A DNA stretch of 64,000 nt from Callorhinchus milii. Its lineage: Eukaryota. The stretch spans positions 112,284,001 through 112,348,000 of the forward strand of contig NW_024704742.1 in assembly GCF_018977255.1 (NCBI RefSeq), written 5' to 3'. This document shows, piece by piece, positions 14,020 to 28,180 of this stretch. Made by a program: the position numbers and the translations under genes. The notes under the pieces were generated by a model. The model was not told the DNA's origin and ran no database searches. It saw nothing but the letters and a program-made list of their open reading frames with translations. The stretch's first letter is position 1. Every line of letters starts with the position of its first letter.

Positions 14020-14240
14020 TGACCGAGCCTTCAGCTCCCCTCTCGACTCTCTTCCTCCTCCTCGCTCCCTCCCTTCCCTCCCCTCACCCTGACCATTTCC
14101 CCCCTCCTCTCTCCCTCCCTTCCCTCCCCTCACCCTGACCATTTCCCCCCTGCTCGGGTCATGACCCAACTGTGCAGCGCCTTGGGACGTCCTCCTGACG
14201 TGAAAGGCGCTCTATAAATGGAATCTTGTTGTTGTTGTTG
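14020..14240 (+). mobile_element. L2 3' end with internal ~23-bp direct duplication
   Basis: ccctcaccctgaccatttccccc occurs twice; tail gaaaggcgctctataaatggaatcttgttgttgttg. Confidence 0.8.
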
Positions 14241-15364
14241 TATGTCCAGTTTCAGGACGAAGTCTGCATTTGCACAACTTTATAATGTTGATTCTTTATA
14301 AGGAATCCAGTTAAGAAATACCACAAATTGGACCTCAATGTATCAAAGCACAATCCAAGCTATATTTCTGAAAAAGTGCAGTTCCTAAACAATGCAACTA
14401 TTATCCTACTCAGTGCATAGAAATGAAACATAAAATCATTTCAAATTCAATTTGGATTTAATTTAATTTCAATTCCTAGCAATAATTTCAAAATCATTTG
14501 AACTTAATATTTAGAATAAAACTGCTGATCCACCTGCAAAACAGCTTGCACACAGAGACTTTTGGTTGGTTTAATTTCAATTTGTAAAACTGACCCTGAA
14601 CTGACAGGCGGTGATAGAAAAATAAGTATTGTCTCTTAAAGAAGAAAATGATTTCCTTGATATGGAGCATCTGAATAATGCTATATTAAGATAAAATATA
14701 AACCCATTCTGCATCAATCCACTTGCACCCAGAGTACAAAAGTCTTGCTAAAGTTCATGCAGAGGTCAAACCCAGGAGAAACATCAATCTGGACAACCTC
14801 CATGTGACCTATCTCTCCCTCCAGACAGGATCTGCATTTCTTTGTGTTTCTATTGGAGCATGCAGCAATTAATTTGTCCTAAATAGGAAATTAAAAAGTC
14901 ATATAAAGAGCTGGGTGTGAGGTCAAATTGTAAATCTAGGGAGTGGCTTTTAGCCCGGACTTTCTGTGACATTGACAAAGCACCAATGGCTGTGTTCTGC
15001 TGAAGAAACGCAGAGCAAAGGAAATGATAACCAAAGAAAAGTCAAGGAACTAAAGGAATTAGGAAAAGAGAGGGAAGGCACAACACCGTGCCACAGAATA
15101 CTAGATAGCAGTGGTGTTTTGCTGCACAGTGTGAAATCCCAGATTCATTTTCAAAACTACAGAATAGATTGTGCCGAGCTTGCACTAAGCATTTTCACTC
15201 GCATGCCAGAAATGTCTTGCCAAAAATAAATAAGAGCAAAATATCTAAAAGTACGAGACATATAAAGTTGAAAATAAGTGTCTGAAGGTAGGATCCTCAT
15301 CAGAAATGAAGTGGGTCAGCTGAAAGAATCTCTTTATAGAATAGAAGTCATAATTGCAATAATC

Positions 15365-15565
15365 CAGTAATAATAATAATAATCCTTGCATTTGATATAG
15401 TGCTTTTCACATCTTCTAGAAATCTCAAAGCGCTTCACAGAATATACTGTAAAGCAAATTGACTGTATGTTTGTGGGCGAAATGCAGCAGCCAATTGCAC
15501 ACAGCAGTGTCCCACAAACAGTCGTGGTTTGAGAGACCAATTTTTTTTTGAGGGATTATTATTAG
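15365..15565 (-). mobile_element. Young Deu-SINE 3' part
   Basis: Same tail and Deu sequence as other copies. Confidence 0.85.
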
Positions 15566-18122
15566 TAGTACTTGGTTTTTTGGTAGTACTTTACGAGCAC
15601 TCCCACAAACAGTACGATATAGAAATGTAGAGTAAGGACATGCCTATGATTCCTTGGAGCCAGTTACATCCCAGGGAGACCCCATTTACTTTCCCTCTCA
15701 TAGGAAGATATATTTTTAGACAAAGTATCTCAACAGGGTGAAAGGCAAACCCAGAATCTTCCTGTCCCAAGTCCCACGCAACCACCAACAATAACAACTT
15801 GCATTTATATAGCACCCCTCATGCAAGGTATCGTGCCAGTGCACTTAAATTAAGTTTTCCAGGAGAGATGAGGGTTTGGATCAAGAAAACTAAATTATTG
15901 GGCTGAGGTTAAAAGATTAAAGCAACCGGGAAGAGCAGCTGACAGGTCGTTAACAGGAGGTGAATTGCTGGGAAGGGTGTGAAAGAATGGTATAGGTGAA
16001 GCAATGACAAGTCACAGCAAAAAGAAAGCAGTAAAAATATATATCTGGAGGAAGTGGTGAGAAATGGAGAGAACAACCAGAGTCAAAAAGAGAAATGCTG
16101 GGTGTGGAAGCACACAGTGAAATGAAAAGTCAGAGATTGTTTCTTAAGCAATTAAAAAGATGATGGCTACTTGTGACATTTATCTTATCCTTCAAAGATT
16201 TGGTTTAATTCCATTTCCACACACTCTAATGCAAACATTTTTGTTTGGCACATGAAGCAGGAATATTTAAAACTCGACTTAAAAAGGAGTAAAATTGGTG
16301 TGTACAAAATATTCACACTAGAAGAACTGTACATTTGGTGAGTATTATTTACATGTTTTTAGATGTTACAAATCAGACCATTCCATTTTAAAATATATTT
16401 GCAATTCTTCAGGTGCTGCATGCCATTACTTTTATTGAGTAGCTTTTAAGACAAAACAGGGTTGAGCTGAGGTTAAGGATACCGAAGGAGCAGCTCTTAA
16501 CATTGCTGAATAATATTCTCTGTTTAGCCTTAAAATTGCCTTCACTGTGGGGGTTGGGATAATCTGAACTGAATGCAGTCTACAGGATTTATACATTGAG
16601 GATTGCTTCCAGTCAGTTTATGTGGCATGAAACAGAATCTATCTGATACATGTCTTAAATCCACTGGTAGAATCAGAACCAGTGTTAATATCTTAGTGAT
16701 TTCTTCTGAAATCTATTTGGATGAAATAACTCGCTGTTAATTACATTAAGACAGTTGTGTTTACGATAAAATCTCACAACAACAAGATCCATCAATAGAA
16801 GAATATAGAACATAGGGTAATTAACTCAGAAAAGATTAAATGATAACCCAACAATGTACAGTATAACAATACTGTAAAGTATCTTAAAAAGCATTGTTAA
16901 ACAATTTCAAAAGCAGTACATTTTATCAATGTTGTACGACTGATTGAGAGATCTAAAAATTTAAATCTCAGCTGGTCAGGTGAGCTGTATCCTATGCTAA
17001 TCACTAAAATAATGATCTTTTCCCTGCTTCTTTACAAAAGGATTTTACTGAAAAAACACCCTCAGAACATCTTTCCTCCACTCAGTCCATCAATAATTTG
17101 CAGTCAGATTACAGCAAAATGTAAAGACCAATCTTTTCCAAGGAAGCGACTTCTGCAAGAAAATGTTTTCAATTAAAATGTATTTAATGCATTCTATCAG
17201 ATAACAAGTGGCAGTGTGTGAGTTAAAGGCAATTACGCAAGTGGACCTTATCTGAATCAGGTCATTATGCAACTGCTTACAACTCGGACGTAGTTATTTA
17301 TTACAGCACACATTTGCACTGTTGTGTGTCTTAAATACCTGGATGATGAAGGCTGAAAAAATGTCTGTGGTTGAAGATCTGGTACCTTTCAAAATTCTGA
17401 CAGGACCACTATAATACGCATATAATTGATACATAGCGCTATAATTTAGCACTGTGTATCAATTATAGACCTGAGCATGTTAACTGGTGTGAAATAAATT
17501 AGACACCGACGACATTGTACTGTAGTTTCACAGAGATATGCCCCAAAGGTCTTGAAATATATAAGTAATGGACCGGTAACAAAGACTGTCAGAGCTCAAA
17601 CTTTCAGCTCCTATAATTTCAGCTCAGCTATCATCAGAAATAACCTTCTAGCTCTTTAATGTGCAGAAAGGTTATTTGCATGCTTCCTGCAAACTGTACT
17701 GTTGAATTTGAGCCTTCTGCATACAGTCACATTCAAAGGCAGCATTTTGTAAAGTGTAACAATAGTCTTCAATAAAAAATTGAAACAGCATGTTAAAGGG
17801 AGGAACAGTCCAGAGCAGGAGGATGACAACAATTTACTGTAACTACTGTATTCATGCATCCATTGATTTAATCTCAGGAGTCTTAAGGGTACTTTCTTGG
17901 GTTTCAAGAGCTTTTGGTAGATGCCACGTACGTGCACATTCAATGCTTCTAAAAAATACTTTTTAAAGTTTTAGCAAATTGGATCACACTTTTCCAGGGA
18001 CGAAAAGTAAGTTCTGCAAACCCTGTCTTGGCTTAAATTCTCCACCTATCATGTGCCACACAAAATATTCACTTATTACCATTCATAACTACAGGTCAAG
18101 TGCATCTCAGAGAACGTATTAC

Positions 18123-18167
18123 CTGAAATAGCTTTAAATCAGGTTTGAACGTCAATGTTCCTCCAGC
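18123..18167 (-). other. Candidate 45-nt exon (AGGTLTFKPDLKLFQ if coding)
   Basis: ttattacag| ... CAG|gtaata; open in frame 0 only; no homology recognised. Confidence 0.25.
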
Positions 18168-19431
18168 CTGTAATAATATCATGATTTTCTCATGACCTGT
18201 TTTTTCACAGCAATTCAACACAGCAGTTTTTAACAAAGAGTAACTTATTACACAGTGGTTGGTTGTGACAGCCAGCCGGCTCGAGAAACAGCCTGAGCTG
18301 GCAGAGGCCGAACAATGAATGTATAATTAATGTTTGGGAGATAATGCCATGCCAGTAATATGCAAAATGCTTGCATTTTGTTATGAGATTTTTGCATGAT
18401 TTTCTTACAGAAATGGGGTGGATTTTAGCACTTGGCATTAGTTAGCACTGATTTTTGTGGTATCAATGTTATCTCACAAAATGTTCTTAAGCTCCGATTA
18501 TCTTTATTTCGATTGGAATAAATTCCTGTGAACATTTACGCATAACGGTCATCTTCATCAATGAAATTTCAGCACTTCAGCATTTACATGACTTTGAAAT
18601 TTGGGGAAAAACAGAACACTGTAGCTTTCATATTGCATGTATGAAATAATTGAAAAGCTGATAGTATTTTAAAAGTAATACTAATGTTAATCTAGACTGA
18701 AGAAGTTGATCATGCTCATTTCTACAATGCTGAACACAGTAGCTACCTATTTGCCACCAAAATACACAGTCAATCCACTTTGCAATATATTCCGTGAAGC
18801 GATGTGAGACATCTCAACAATGTGATCAAATCATTATTATATTATTATATCAATCTCTACCTTTTTTTCCTAGTGGAGGCATTCTTGCATAGATTGGAGC
18901 GAGCAAATGGCTAAAAAGTAAATCTGGTAATTCTGTAAAAGTTCCAAAATGTGAGTGATTAATTTCAGAGTGTTACAATATTTATCAATGGTGACAAATA
19001 CTATTGAATCACTAAAGATTCCTGCTGTCTGGGTTTCATACAATTAGTTTCCTTCATCAGAATTTTATTTGCAAACAGACAAACTCTGTTGCAATACAAT
19101 ACTTCCGTAAAAATAAAAACTTTAAAAAAACTCAATTCAATTTTTTAAAACAAAAGTCCCATTTGAATAAAGTTGATTTAGCCAAACAGTCCAAGCTCCT
19201 ATTCAAAGTTATAGAAATTGCAGTAAAGAAGTAACTTTTTATACAATCTCAACCTTCTTTGTGATAGATTCCTTAGAGGTTTCTTTAATGATTTGCTTAT
19301 ATTAAATTCTTCTGTGCTCTCAAATTTTTGAGTGCTGAATTGCTTAAGAACATGTACTAAACTATAACTCATTTTCTTGCATTTAACGTAAGACAAATAG
19401 TTAACTGCAAGCTTCCTATATTGAACAGTAC

Positions 19432-19519
19432 ATGGTTAGATGAATGTTCCGTAAATGGTAGGATATATCTTTGTGCTGTGAATCTCCACATAATATGTTT
19501 TGGATCATAGTCAAACAGC
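19432..19519 (-). other. Candidate exon (LFDYDPKHIMWRFTAQRYILPFTEHSSNH if coding)
   Basis: Very strong acceptor (tttttgtctttttctctctccctcttttag|G); donor CAT|gtactg is weak, so the 3' boundary is uncertain. Confidence 0.3.
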
Positions 19520-20254
19520 CTAAAAGAGGGAGAGAGAAAAAGACAAAAATCAGATGTCAAATCCTATGGGCTGCTTTCATGTTCCTCTTAGTAGTAAGTA
19601 TGAGACAAGTACTCTTGGCAAGGCAAGAGGGAGCAGAAAAGGAAGAAAAAATTCATAAAAAGAAGTGTACAAATGGTATTTTTTTGAAACTAAAATTTTG
19701 CAAAATACATGTTTTAATCTATATTTTTATCTAATACGAAGGACTACCAGGCCTTTTTTTAAGTCCTCGAAAGGCTACAGCATTTATTAAGGGCACTAAT
19801 TTATACTCTTTCACAATGTATATCACATGAGTATTTGACTGCTTACAGAATTGCTACAGATGGATACTTTAAGATGACAGTCACTGAGATGACTATGTCT
19901 ATGATGCCATCCGTTACTTCTGTGCTTAAAGTTTAAATTCACATCAATCTGATGCAATTCTCTGTCTCAGACTGGCGTTATGTTTCTGAAAAAGTAGGTC
20001 CAGAGTCAATAGCATTTTTAGCTGAACGGAAACCACAGAACAAAACTGTCCATAATTTGATATTAGGTGTCAGTGATGAGCTTTGAACTATTAAACAAGA
20101 ATTTAATTAAATTTTCTTGTGATATGGCATTTCCTTTAAGGAAACAGCTACAGTCAGGCACAGTGAATTGGAACAATTTGAGCTGGTCTGTTCTGCATAA
20201 GACCAATGCTTTGCATATTTCATGGTAAGATATTACTATAGAATCCCCAAATGT

Positions 20255-20682
20255 AATAAAATAATAAAAATCCTTACATATGATATAGTGTCTCTCACAT
20301 CAGGAGGACATCTCAAAGCACATCACAGGATATACACTATTTTGCAAAGTGTACTATTTTGTAAAAAAATCTGGCAGCCAATTTGCACACAGCAATGTCC
20401 CACAAACAGGTATGAAGTGAATGGCCAGTTTTATCTGAGGGATTGTTAACCAGGACACTAGGAGAAACTCCCTTCTCTTTTTTCAAATAGTGCCATAGGA
20501 ACTGAACAGACAAACAGGGCCTCAATTTAATGTTTTATCTAAAAGACAGCATCTTTGAAAATATAATGCTCCACCAGCACTGCATCAGAGCATCAGCCTA
20601 GATTGTGAGTTGAAAGTCTTGATGTGAGGTTGAACCCACAACCTTTGTAACACAGAGGTCAGAGTATTATCAACTAAGTCAG
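20255..20682 (-). mobile_element. Older-type Deu-SINE, near full length
   Basis: Reverse complement of the family seen at 55248. Confidence 0.8.
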
Positions 20683-21061
20683 GAGGCAGAATGGAATCTC
20701 TGGTCTCCGCTACCAATCTTTAAATTAAATGCTGTTCAAATAATACTTTTGACAAATTTTAATCAGAAAATCTGTGAACAGTATTAAATGAAAGCTACAT
20801 TTATGAAAATAATAATAATCCTATAATAATCCCTACATTTGCTGTAGCGCCTTTCATGTCCGAAAGAGCTTCACAGGATATACTGTAATGTGCAGTGACT
20901 GTGTGTATTGTGGGCAGATAAATAGCAAATAAACAACAAAGGAATTGTTTATTTAGAACAATCATTAATATTGGCCAAAATATTGCAGTGTTAACATTCG
21001 CATGATATATTTTGTGTGCTAATTTTTGTCATTCATGTGGACCACCATAGAATTACTAAAT

Positions 21062-21488
21062 ATTCTCTCACCTCTGAGTCAGAAGATTTGGGTTTAAGCC
21101 CCACATCGGGACGTGAACTCACATAGTCTAAAATGATGCTCCATTGTAGTGCTGGGAGGGGGTTGCATTGTCGGAAGTGCCGTCCTTCAATGAGACGTTG
21201 AACTGAGGTCCCGTCTCCCAGTTCAGGTCCAAGTTAAAGATCTCATGCCACTATTTGAAAAGAGAAGGGAGTTTCTCCCGGTTTCCTGGCAACTGCCCCC
21301 AAATACAAAATTGGTTACTCACTCCATAGCTGTTTGTGGGACACTGTTGTGCGCAAACTGGCTGCTGCATTTCGCACACAAAAAAACACGGTCAATCCAA
21401 ACTTTACAGTGTATCCCATGAAGTGATTTGCGATGTCTCAATGAGGTGATAAGGTGCTATATTAAAAGCAAGGATTATTTATTTTATT
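21062..21488 (+). mobile_element. Older-type Deu-SINE
   Basis: ctctcacctctgagtcagaag...aaagcaaggattattt. Confidence 0.85.
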
Positions 21489-22241
21489 CTTAACAAGCAA
21501 AATGTAAACTGGTTGGTACTTATCATTGGGGCTGATAAATATTGATTTCCTGATAAAATACATACTTGTGTGGCATGTCAATAATCAACAAATACTCGCT
21601 GCACCTCTGGAGTTTAAGATAAACTTATCAGCCTACTGAATGATTTAAATATGAATCAAACAATAACAGCATTTATGAAATACACTCATCAGAATACAAT
21701 TTTGTTTTGGGGCATCTGACACATGCGGAAACCCAACACTTATTATGTTAGTATTAATGCTATTATATTATTATTACTATGCTTAAGAGTATCTAAACCA
21801 GACTGAGATTCCACATGTCAGGTAGAATGATATCTTTTTTAAAAATATGGCTATTACTTCAGGCACTTCCAGCTGTGCGAAGAGCTTTGAGACGTATCCC
21901 AGTGTGAAAGCCACAATATAAATGTAAATTGTTGTTGTAGGTGGGAGTGGAATGGTCCTTTGGGCCAATCTCAGCTCTTTCCATTCTTTAACTAGTTATC
22001 AGAGGGAGAATTTCCGGCACCCAATATAAGGTAAAAGAAGTTAAATGAAAGAGGAAAGAATTGATGAGAAAAATAGTTAATTAAATAAATCCTGCTAAAT
22101 AATTGTGATGTGTATAAAATTCACAGTTAACAGAGAGTTACAGATATAACATACTCTTTACCTTTGACATAAGTCACTCTTTGCTATCCTTGCCAATGTT
22201 CAAACCCATATTGCTGCACAGATGCATGACTGAAACCTTAC

Positions 22242-22299
22242 CTCTTTGCTCCCAGTAGAAAACTTTCACTGATAAGTCATTCAATTCAATGGAAGCTTT
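22242..22299 (-). other. Candidate 58-nt exon (KASIELNDLSVKVFYWEQR if coding)
   Basis: ctttacctttgctttttag| ... GAG|gtaagg, both sites near consensus. Confidence 0.3.
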
Positions 22300-24444
22300 C
22301 TAAAAAGCAAAGGTAAAGTCGTACATTGACTTATTCAGTGTGCAAAGGATAGCAGCTTTCTTTTCAAGGAAAAAAACTGCTTCATGGCAATGTTTGAATT
22401 TTTTTAAATACATAACATATGATGTTACTTTGATTATACTTTAAGAGATTTTTCTCATCAGCTTTATTAAGTAGATTGTTTTAGGATTCATCAGCTGATT
22501 CATTCATCAACAAATTGAACATATTTTCTTAAAAAAGTAAATTTCAGGAAAGATTTGATGATATTATTGAATCAGCATTTTTCTTTCTGATTTTGGATAA
22601 AGTTAGTTCAACTTTTGAACTGTCTACTCAGTTCCACAATGGTACTCAAGCTTAAAGAAAACGTGCAGTGATCATGAATATTTCTAACTAATTATGGTCA
22701 AAATCAAATTATTATGCAAGAAATAATTCTTCTCTTCTTAACATAAATGCTGCTGGTCATAAACGGTTTCCACAATTTGACAGGAAAATTAGCTAAGTGA
22801 TGTTACGGGACAATTTTATGAAGATGTGAAGTCCATCTTTAAACAATTCCTATTCCAAATAACACTGATATGATTTATTTTCTCACTAAGGATGAATTAT
22901 TGCTGATCCTTTTTTTTTCTAACACCCTCCAAAACAAATATTACCATATCTTTAGATGTATTTACAGCTATATGCTTAATAATCCCACTTGATACTTTCC
23001 ATAATGCACAATTTTTATAGGGTTATTAGGTGTCTCTTTAGGCCGTGTTCTAGCATGAAAATCAAATTTGTTTTGAAAAATATTTTTATTATTAAAGTAA
23101 TAGCAAGGCGTCAGGATACAAGATTGACATTCATACTCATTCTAACCCTGTAGACCCTGAATAATGAGATGTTAATAGGACCTGTTTAGATGAACTATGA
23201 ACAGATGAGCCTTTACAAAGGTGGGAAATTGGAGGTATTAATCTAGTTAAGTGCATATTGTGTGCATTGACCGCAAAACTATAGGCTTAAATGAAAATTA
23301 CCCTTATTATGCACTTAATGGAAAAGGCCCAGAAGAAATTAATGGGAGAGAGGGAAATTTGCCCTTTTAATAAAATCTAGATGCAAAAAAAAAAGAAAAT
23401 GACATGTAAGTGGAGTAGGGTTGCTCTGCTAATGCTTTAGAGGATTAACAAAAAGAGTATTTATTTTGTATGGGGTCGAGACAAATTCCCACATTGCAGA
23501 CAGTAATTGCTGAAAAACAGGTGTTGGTTCAGACTAAACATATGAAAGCGAAGATGCTGGAAAATCACTAGTTAACTCCCAAGCAAGGATCCAGCCCCAT
23601 CTGTCAGACTGCGCTATGACATCATCAGGTATTCTGCACTTGTTTGCAGCTATTCAGACCGACCCTCCCTCAGTCTGGCCCTTGTGTTCCAGCACTCTAT
23701 ACAGAGTCATCAAGCTGGAAAATTACCACATGCTGTCACAGTTAGCTCAGCCAGGTCTTGTTATCGTTGTTTCCAGAGACCCATTCATTCAGTTACTTTA
23801 CATACTGGGCAGACGCCCTGCCACTGAGACTCGGGCCAGTGTAACTTAAAGGGCCAAACGTTAATGGCTGGTATTGTTCGGAGAATGGCAGTGCAGTACG
23901 TGGGAAAAAATGCCCAGACAGCTCCCTGACACCAGCAAAGAAGAGCGAGACTTAGGGGGTGCACTGCAAAGATCTTTTATGTAAACATTCATTCACTGAC
24001 ATCGCCAAACAAAACACATCTTTATCGCCGGCATTCAAAACCCATAAATTAAAAGAACTTCACTTAGCTTCGAATCAGAATGAGGTAAAACATTTTCTGT
24101 GTCTGTGCCCAAAGTAAGCACACTCTGACACAAGTAAGATCTTTATCAGCAGTTTTAGCCCCGAATCTTGACTTGCTTTAACTCTTTCAGCCCCACAGAG
24201 ACCAAATGCAGCTTCGCAGATGCCAGTCAGTGCCTCCAAGATTAACTCTGGCACATTTTACTGCAAGAGCAATTCTGCCAGCCTCACAGATGATTGATCA
24301 AGTAAATATTCAAAGAAACTCACTTTAAAAAATAAACTAGGGGTTATTCTTACCTTTTCCCCACTGTATTTTTTTCTATGCTTTTATATACAGGGCTCAT
24401 TTGTTGCTACATTTTATTTGGGGAAGAGGGAGCGTTTATTGTTT

Positions 24445-24815
24445 CATAAGACCACAGAAGAGGTTCAGATGAAGAATACCCTTCGGGCCATTTGATCTCA
24501 TCCTCCCAGAATACCCAGCCTACTGTCCTCCCGTCACAGCATAGTGTCCTGGTATCAGTGACCCTATTTCCGCTTACCTGCTCCAATAGTTAATTACCCT
24601 CTGGGTAAAGAAATATTTCCTTCTCCCTTTCCTGAAACTGCCCTTTGCAACCCTGAACCAATGCCCTCTTTTTTTGCTGCCCTGCCTGAGTGGGTTTAAT
24701 TTCTCAATCCCATTTTCAAATCTCATATCCAGTAAACCAGGTTTACTGTATACAATCATGGTCCAGTCTGGCTAGGTATGAATTCCGGTGTATCCAGAAT
24801 TTGTACCTCGTCAAA
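24445..24815 (-). mobile_element. CR1 LINE 3' fragment
   Basis: ORF track peptide RGHWFRVAKGSFRKGRRKYFFTQRVINYW matches the CR1 ORF2 C-terminal pattern (TRGH...R..FF.QRV...WN). Confidence 0.8.
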
Positions 24816-25791
24816 CTGGGCCCAAAATGTTTTTATCTTAAATCGGCAGCAGACTCCCGATGGCCCCACTCTCCCCCCCACCCCCCATTTACCGAACTCA
24901 CTGGCATTCAGTGGCCAGGGATATCCACTTGAATCAGTTTGAATCCCACGAGCAGAAGACAGTTTATTCACTATCTTTTATTTGCGGTAGTAAACTACTC
25001 CCTGTAAAAACTCATCATTGTTGTTAAATTTATAGGCAACTTTCACACCTGGCAAAAAAAACTGTTGAAAGGAATCACAAGTGGTAAACGTACATGATGG
25101 ACTTGACAAGTTCAGGGGGAAATTATGAGTCAGCTGTTTTTTGGAGGATTCACGTTAAGTGTTCATTCTCTTTAAAAGGTAAAATGCAAAGAAAAATATG
25201 GGGTGAAAAGTTTACCCTTTATATCAGATTTGTTGCTATTGAATTTGTTTTCAAATGTCATATTTTTGATCACTGTATATTGTGAATCTGTTGATATTTT
25301 TGCTGAATATATAACATTCATGCTGAGTTCATTGAAGGGGTCAAACTGACCCATTAGACCAATTGAACTCAATGCCCTTAAATGGAGAAGGAAAAATCAG
25401 CCAGCGTTCCAGCTGCTGTTTGCTATACAAGTGGCTGGATACAACTGCATTAAATACAAAAAACAGGAAAATTAACGGCACATTTTGTTTCTACATAATG
25501 TAATGTGCTTTTACGATTACTTAACACAGTACTTCAAAATGATTATAAAAATGTATTGACCTGCAAATTGAGGACTTTGAATTCTCCTACACATGTGTCA
25601 TGACATTTTGAGTCATAGTATTTACTTTTTAGCTGCAAGTACTATTTCATTTTAAAAGCATTTACTATCTGCTTAAGTGCAACCAATTTTATTCCTTTCC
25701 CTTATTTCAATTTCAGGCGTTAGGTCAGTGATGGCCAATCTTTTTGGTCGACCAACAAAATACATTTTCTTGAGTGAATATTTCTTGATTT

Positions 25792-26098
25792 ATAATAATA
25801 ATAATCCTTGCATTTGATATAGTGCTTTTCACATCTATGAAAACTATGTTTTCAAAGCACTTTACAGAATAAATTGTAAAGTGAATGGACTGTATATTTT
25901 GTGAGCAAAACGCAGTAGCCAATTGCGCACAGCAGTGTCCCACAAACAGTTGTAGATTGAGTGACAAATTATTATTGTATTTTTTTCTTGAGGGATTATT
26001 ATCAGGCGTGTGGAGTAAGGAAACTTGCCCTGCCGGGAATCAAACCCAGGTCTCTCTCTTGCGAGGCTCGTGCTCTAACCACTGAGCTACAGGATTCC
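25792..26098 (-). mobile_element. Young tRNA-derived Deu-SINE, both ends present, internal deletion
   Basis: Head ggaatcctgtagctcagtggttagagcacg on minus strand; (AAT)n tail. Confidence 0.9.
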
Positions 26099-26247
26099 AT
26101 TGCCATATGCCATAAATCAAGAAATATTAAATCAAGAAAAACCTGGAAACACACTACCAATTGAACACGGACTTACCTAGATGAGTGCGAATGTTCGGGG
26201 CCACTTCTTGATGGCTATGTGGGCCGTAGTTTGGCTGACACTGTGTT

Positions 26248-26700
26248 AGGTGTCAGCCTGACTAAGTTGGTAACACTCTCATCAAGTTGTGGGTGGGTTC
26301 AAGCCCACGGTCCAGGACTTTGAGCTCATGGTCTAGGCTGGCACTCCAATGTTGTGCTGGGAGTGTGCTTCATTGTTGGAGTTGCTGTCCGCTGGATTAG
26401 ACGTTATTCCAAGATCCTGTGTACCTGTTCAGGTTGAGTCTAAGATCCCGTGGCACTATTCAAAAAGGAAAGGGAGTTCTCCTGGTGTCCTGGACAACAA
26501 TTCATTCAATTAGTCCTCGAGATAAAATTTGTCATTGACTTTAAGATTGCTTATGGGGACATTGCTGTGTGTACATAGGCTGCTGTATTCCCCTACATAA
26601 ATACAGTCACTACACTTTACATTAGAATCCTGTGAAGCACTTTGAAAGGTGTGAAAGGCAATATACCTAACACAAAGGATTTTTTTATTATTATTATTTT
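26248..26700 (+). mobile_element. Older-type Deu-SINE, full length
   Basis: aggtgtcagcctgactaagttggtaacactctc head to ttattattatt tail. Confidence 0.85.
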
Positions 26701-27104
26701 CAATTCACCCAGAGCAAATAAAGCTATGAACAGTCAAGACGCAAATATTTTTATCACGTTGGTTGAGATCAAATGAATTATGCATGAAACTTTCAATTAT
26801 GTCACTAACTAGGTGGAATACTGCAACACATGTGCTCTGCTAATAAACTGCATCTGAATACAATACTCTCCATGTTCACAGGGGTCTCCAGATACACAAC
26901 TTGACTATTTGGCTGCTATATCAACTTGACAGCCCCTGCAAATGGCTGCCAAAACTGCTGAAGCTAAAGCTTTGTATTAGTAGAGCTGTAGCTTGGAAAG
27001 GGCAGCTTGTCATGCCATTTTATTTGTAATAAATTCATGATAATGCAAGCTGGACTAGAAAGTCTACGGCAAGTCCTGTCCTTGTGAGTTTAATTTCACT
27101 GTCG

Positions 27105-27137
27105 ACACAAACACACACACACCACACACACACACAC
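27105..27137. repeat. Imperfect (CA)n microsatellite
   Basis: Read directly. Confidence 0.9.
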
Positions 27138-27827
27138 TTTTTAATGTGTATCTCTCTTCACCCTATTACCATGGATTTTTTTTTACTTGCACCATGTTCA
27201 ATTGTGCTCCTTCGCATACTGTAAAACCAGAAATTTACATGTTAGGAATATTTCATACCCTAGGCAGCTGAGTATTTATTCATGAAATTAGCTTTGCAAG
27301 CGCCTAGCTCAGGCTCCCAGCCTACCCCAAATTGTTGTGCGAAGGTTAGAGGCTTGAAGGGGTATGGGGATAGGGCATTGGGATTGAAGGAAAAGCTTGT
27401 TTTGAGAGCCAGTACAAATTCAAGGGGCCGAATGGCCTCCTTCTACACTGTATTTTTTTTGGTTCTACCCTGTTCCTGGCACGCAGCTATAATCCACACT
27501 CAACTCACCCAACTCATTAATCCTGGTTTCCTCTCCAATCAGAATCCAACCCCACCTGCTCATGGCTCACTCTTTCCTGGCCTCAGCCCTGTTTGTCCCC
27601 ACGTGCTGCTGATACTGTACTGTTCCCCATGTTTATTTATTTTCTCTTCAATTTAAAACTTGCAATTTGTGGGTCCAGTGAATACAGCAAATTTCAATCT
27701 AGCACGTAAGGAAAACTGGCAGATACATTCTATATACAAAAACATGCTGGCTCTATTCTTTCATGGTATCAATTGTATATTTGCTTAAGGCTGGTGCAAG
27801 TGTTTTTATGACTGTTGAGTTCAGTGT

Positions 27828-28180
27828 AGGTGTCAGCCTGGCTCATTTGGTAGCATTTTTGTCTCCGAATCAGAAGGTTGTGGGTTCTAACCCCACATCA
27901 GGACATAGTACTCATATAATCTCTACTGACACTCTGTGGTGTGCTGCATTGTTAGAGGTATCGTCCTTCGATAAGATGTTAAACCAAGGCTCTATCTGCT
28001 TCTTCAAGTACAACTTAAAAAGAGAAGGGAGTTTCGTCTGGTGTCCCGGCCAACAACCCCCATTTGAATTGGTGATTCACTTCTTGGCTGTTTGTGGGAC
28101 ATTTGGCTGCCACATTTGCCTACAAAATATATAATCACTACACTTAAAGGTGCTATATCAAATGCAAAGATTATTATTAA
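27828..28180 (+). mobile_element. Older-type Deu-SINE with internal deletions
   Basis: aggtgtcagcctggctcatttggtagc head; tatatcaaatgcaaagattattatt tail. Confidence 0.85.

Noticed and set aside
18250..18295. V(D)J recombination signal (CACAGTG heptamer)
   Set aside because: No ACAAAAACC-like nonamer at 12 or 23 bp for the heptamers I examined, and no V or J segments seen
19500..19519. LFDYDP as an SH3 domain start
   Set aside because: Following residues do not fit SH3 (no ELSF or WW motifs)
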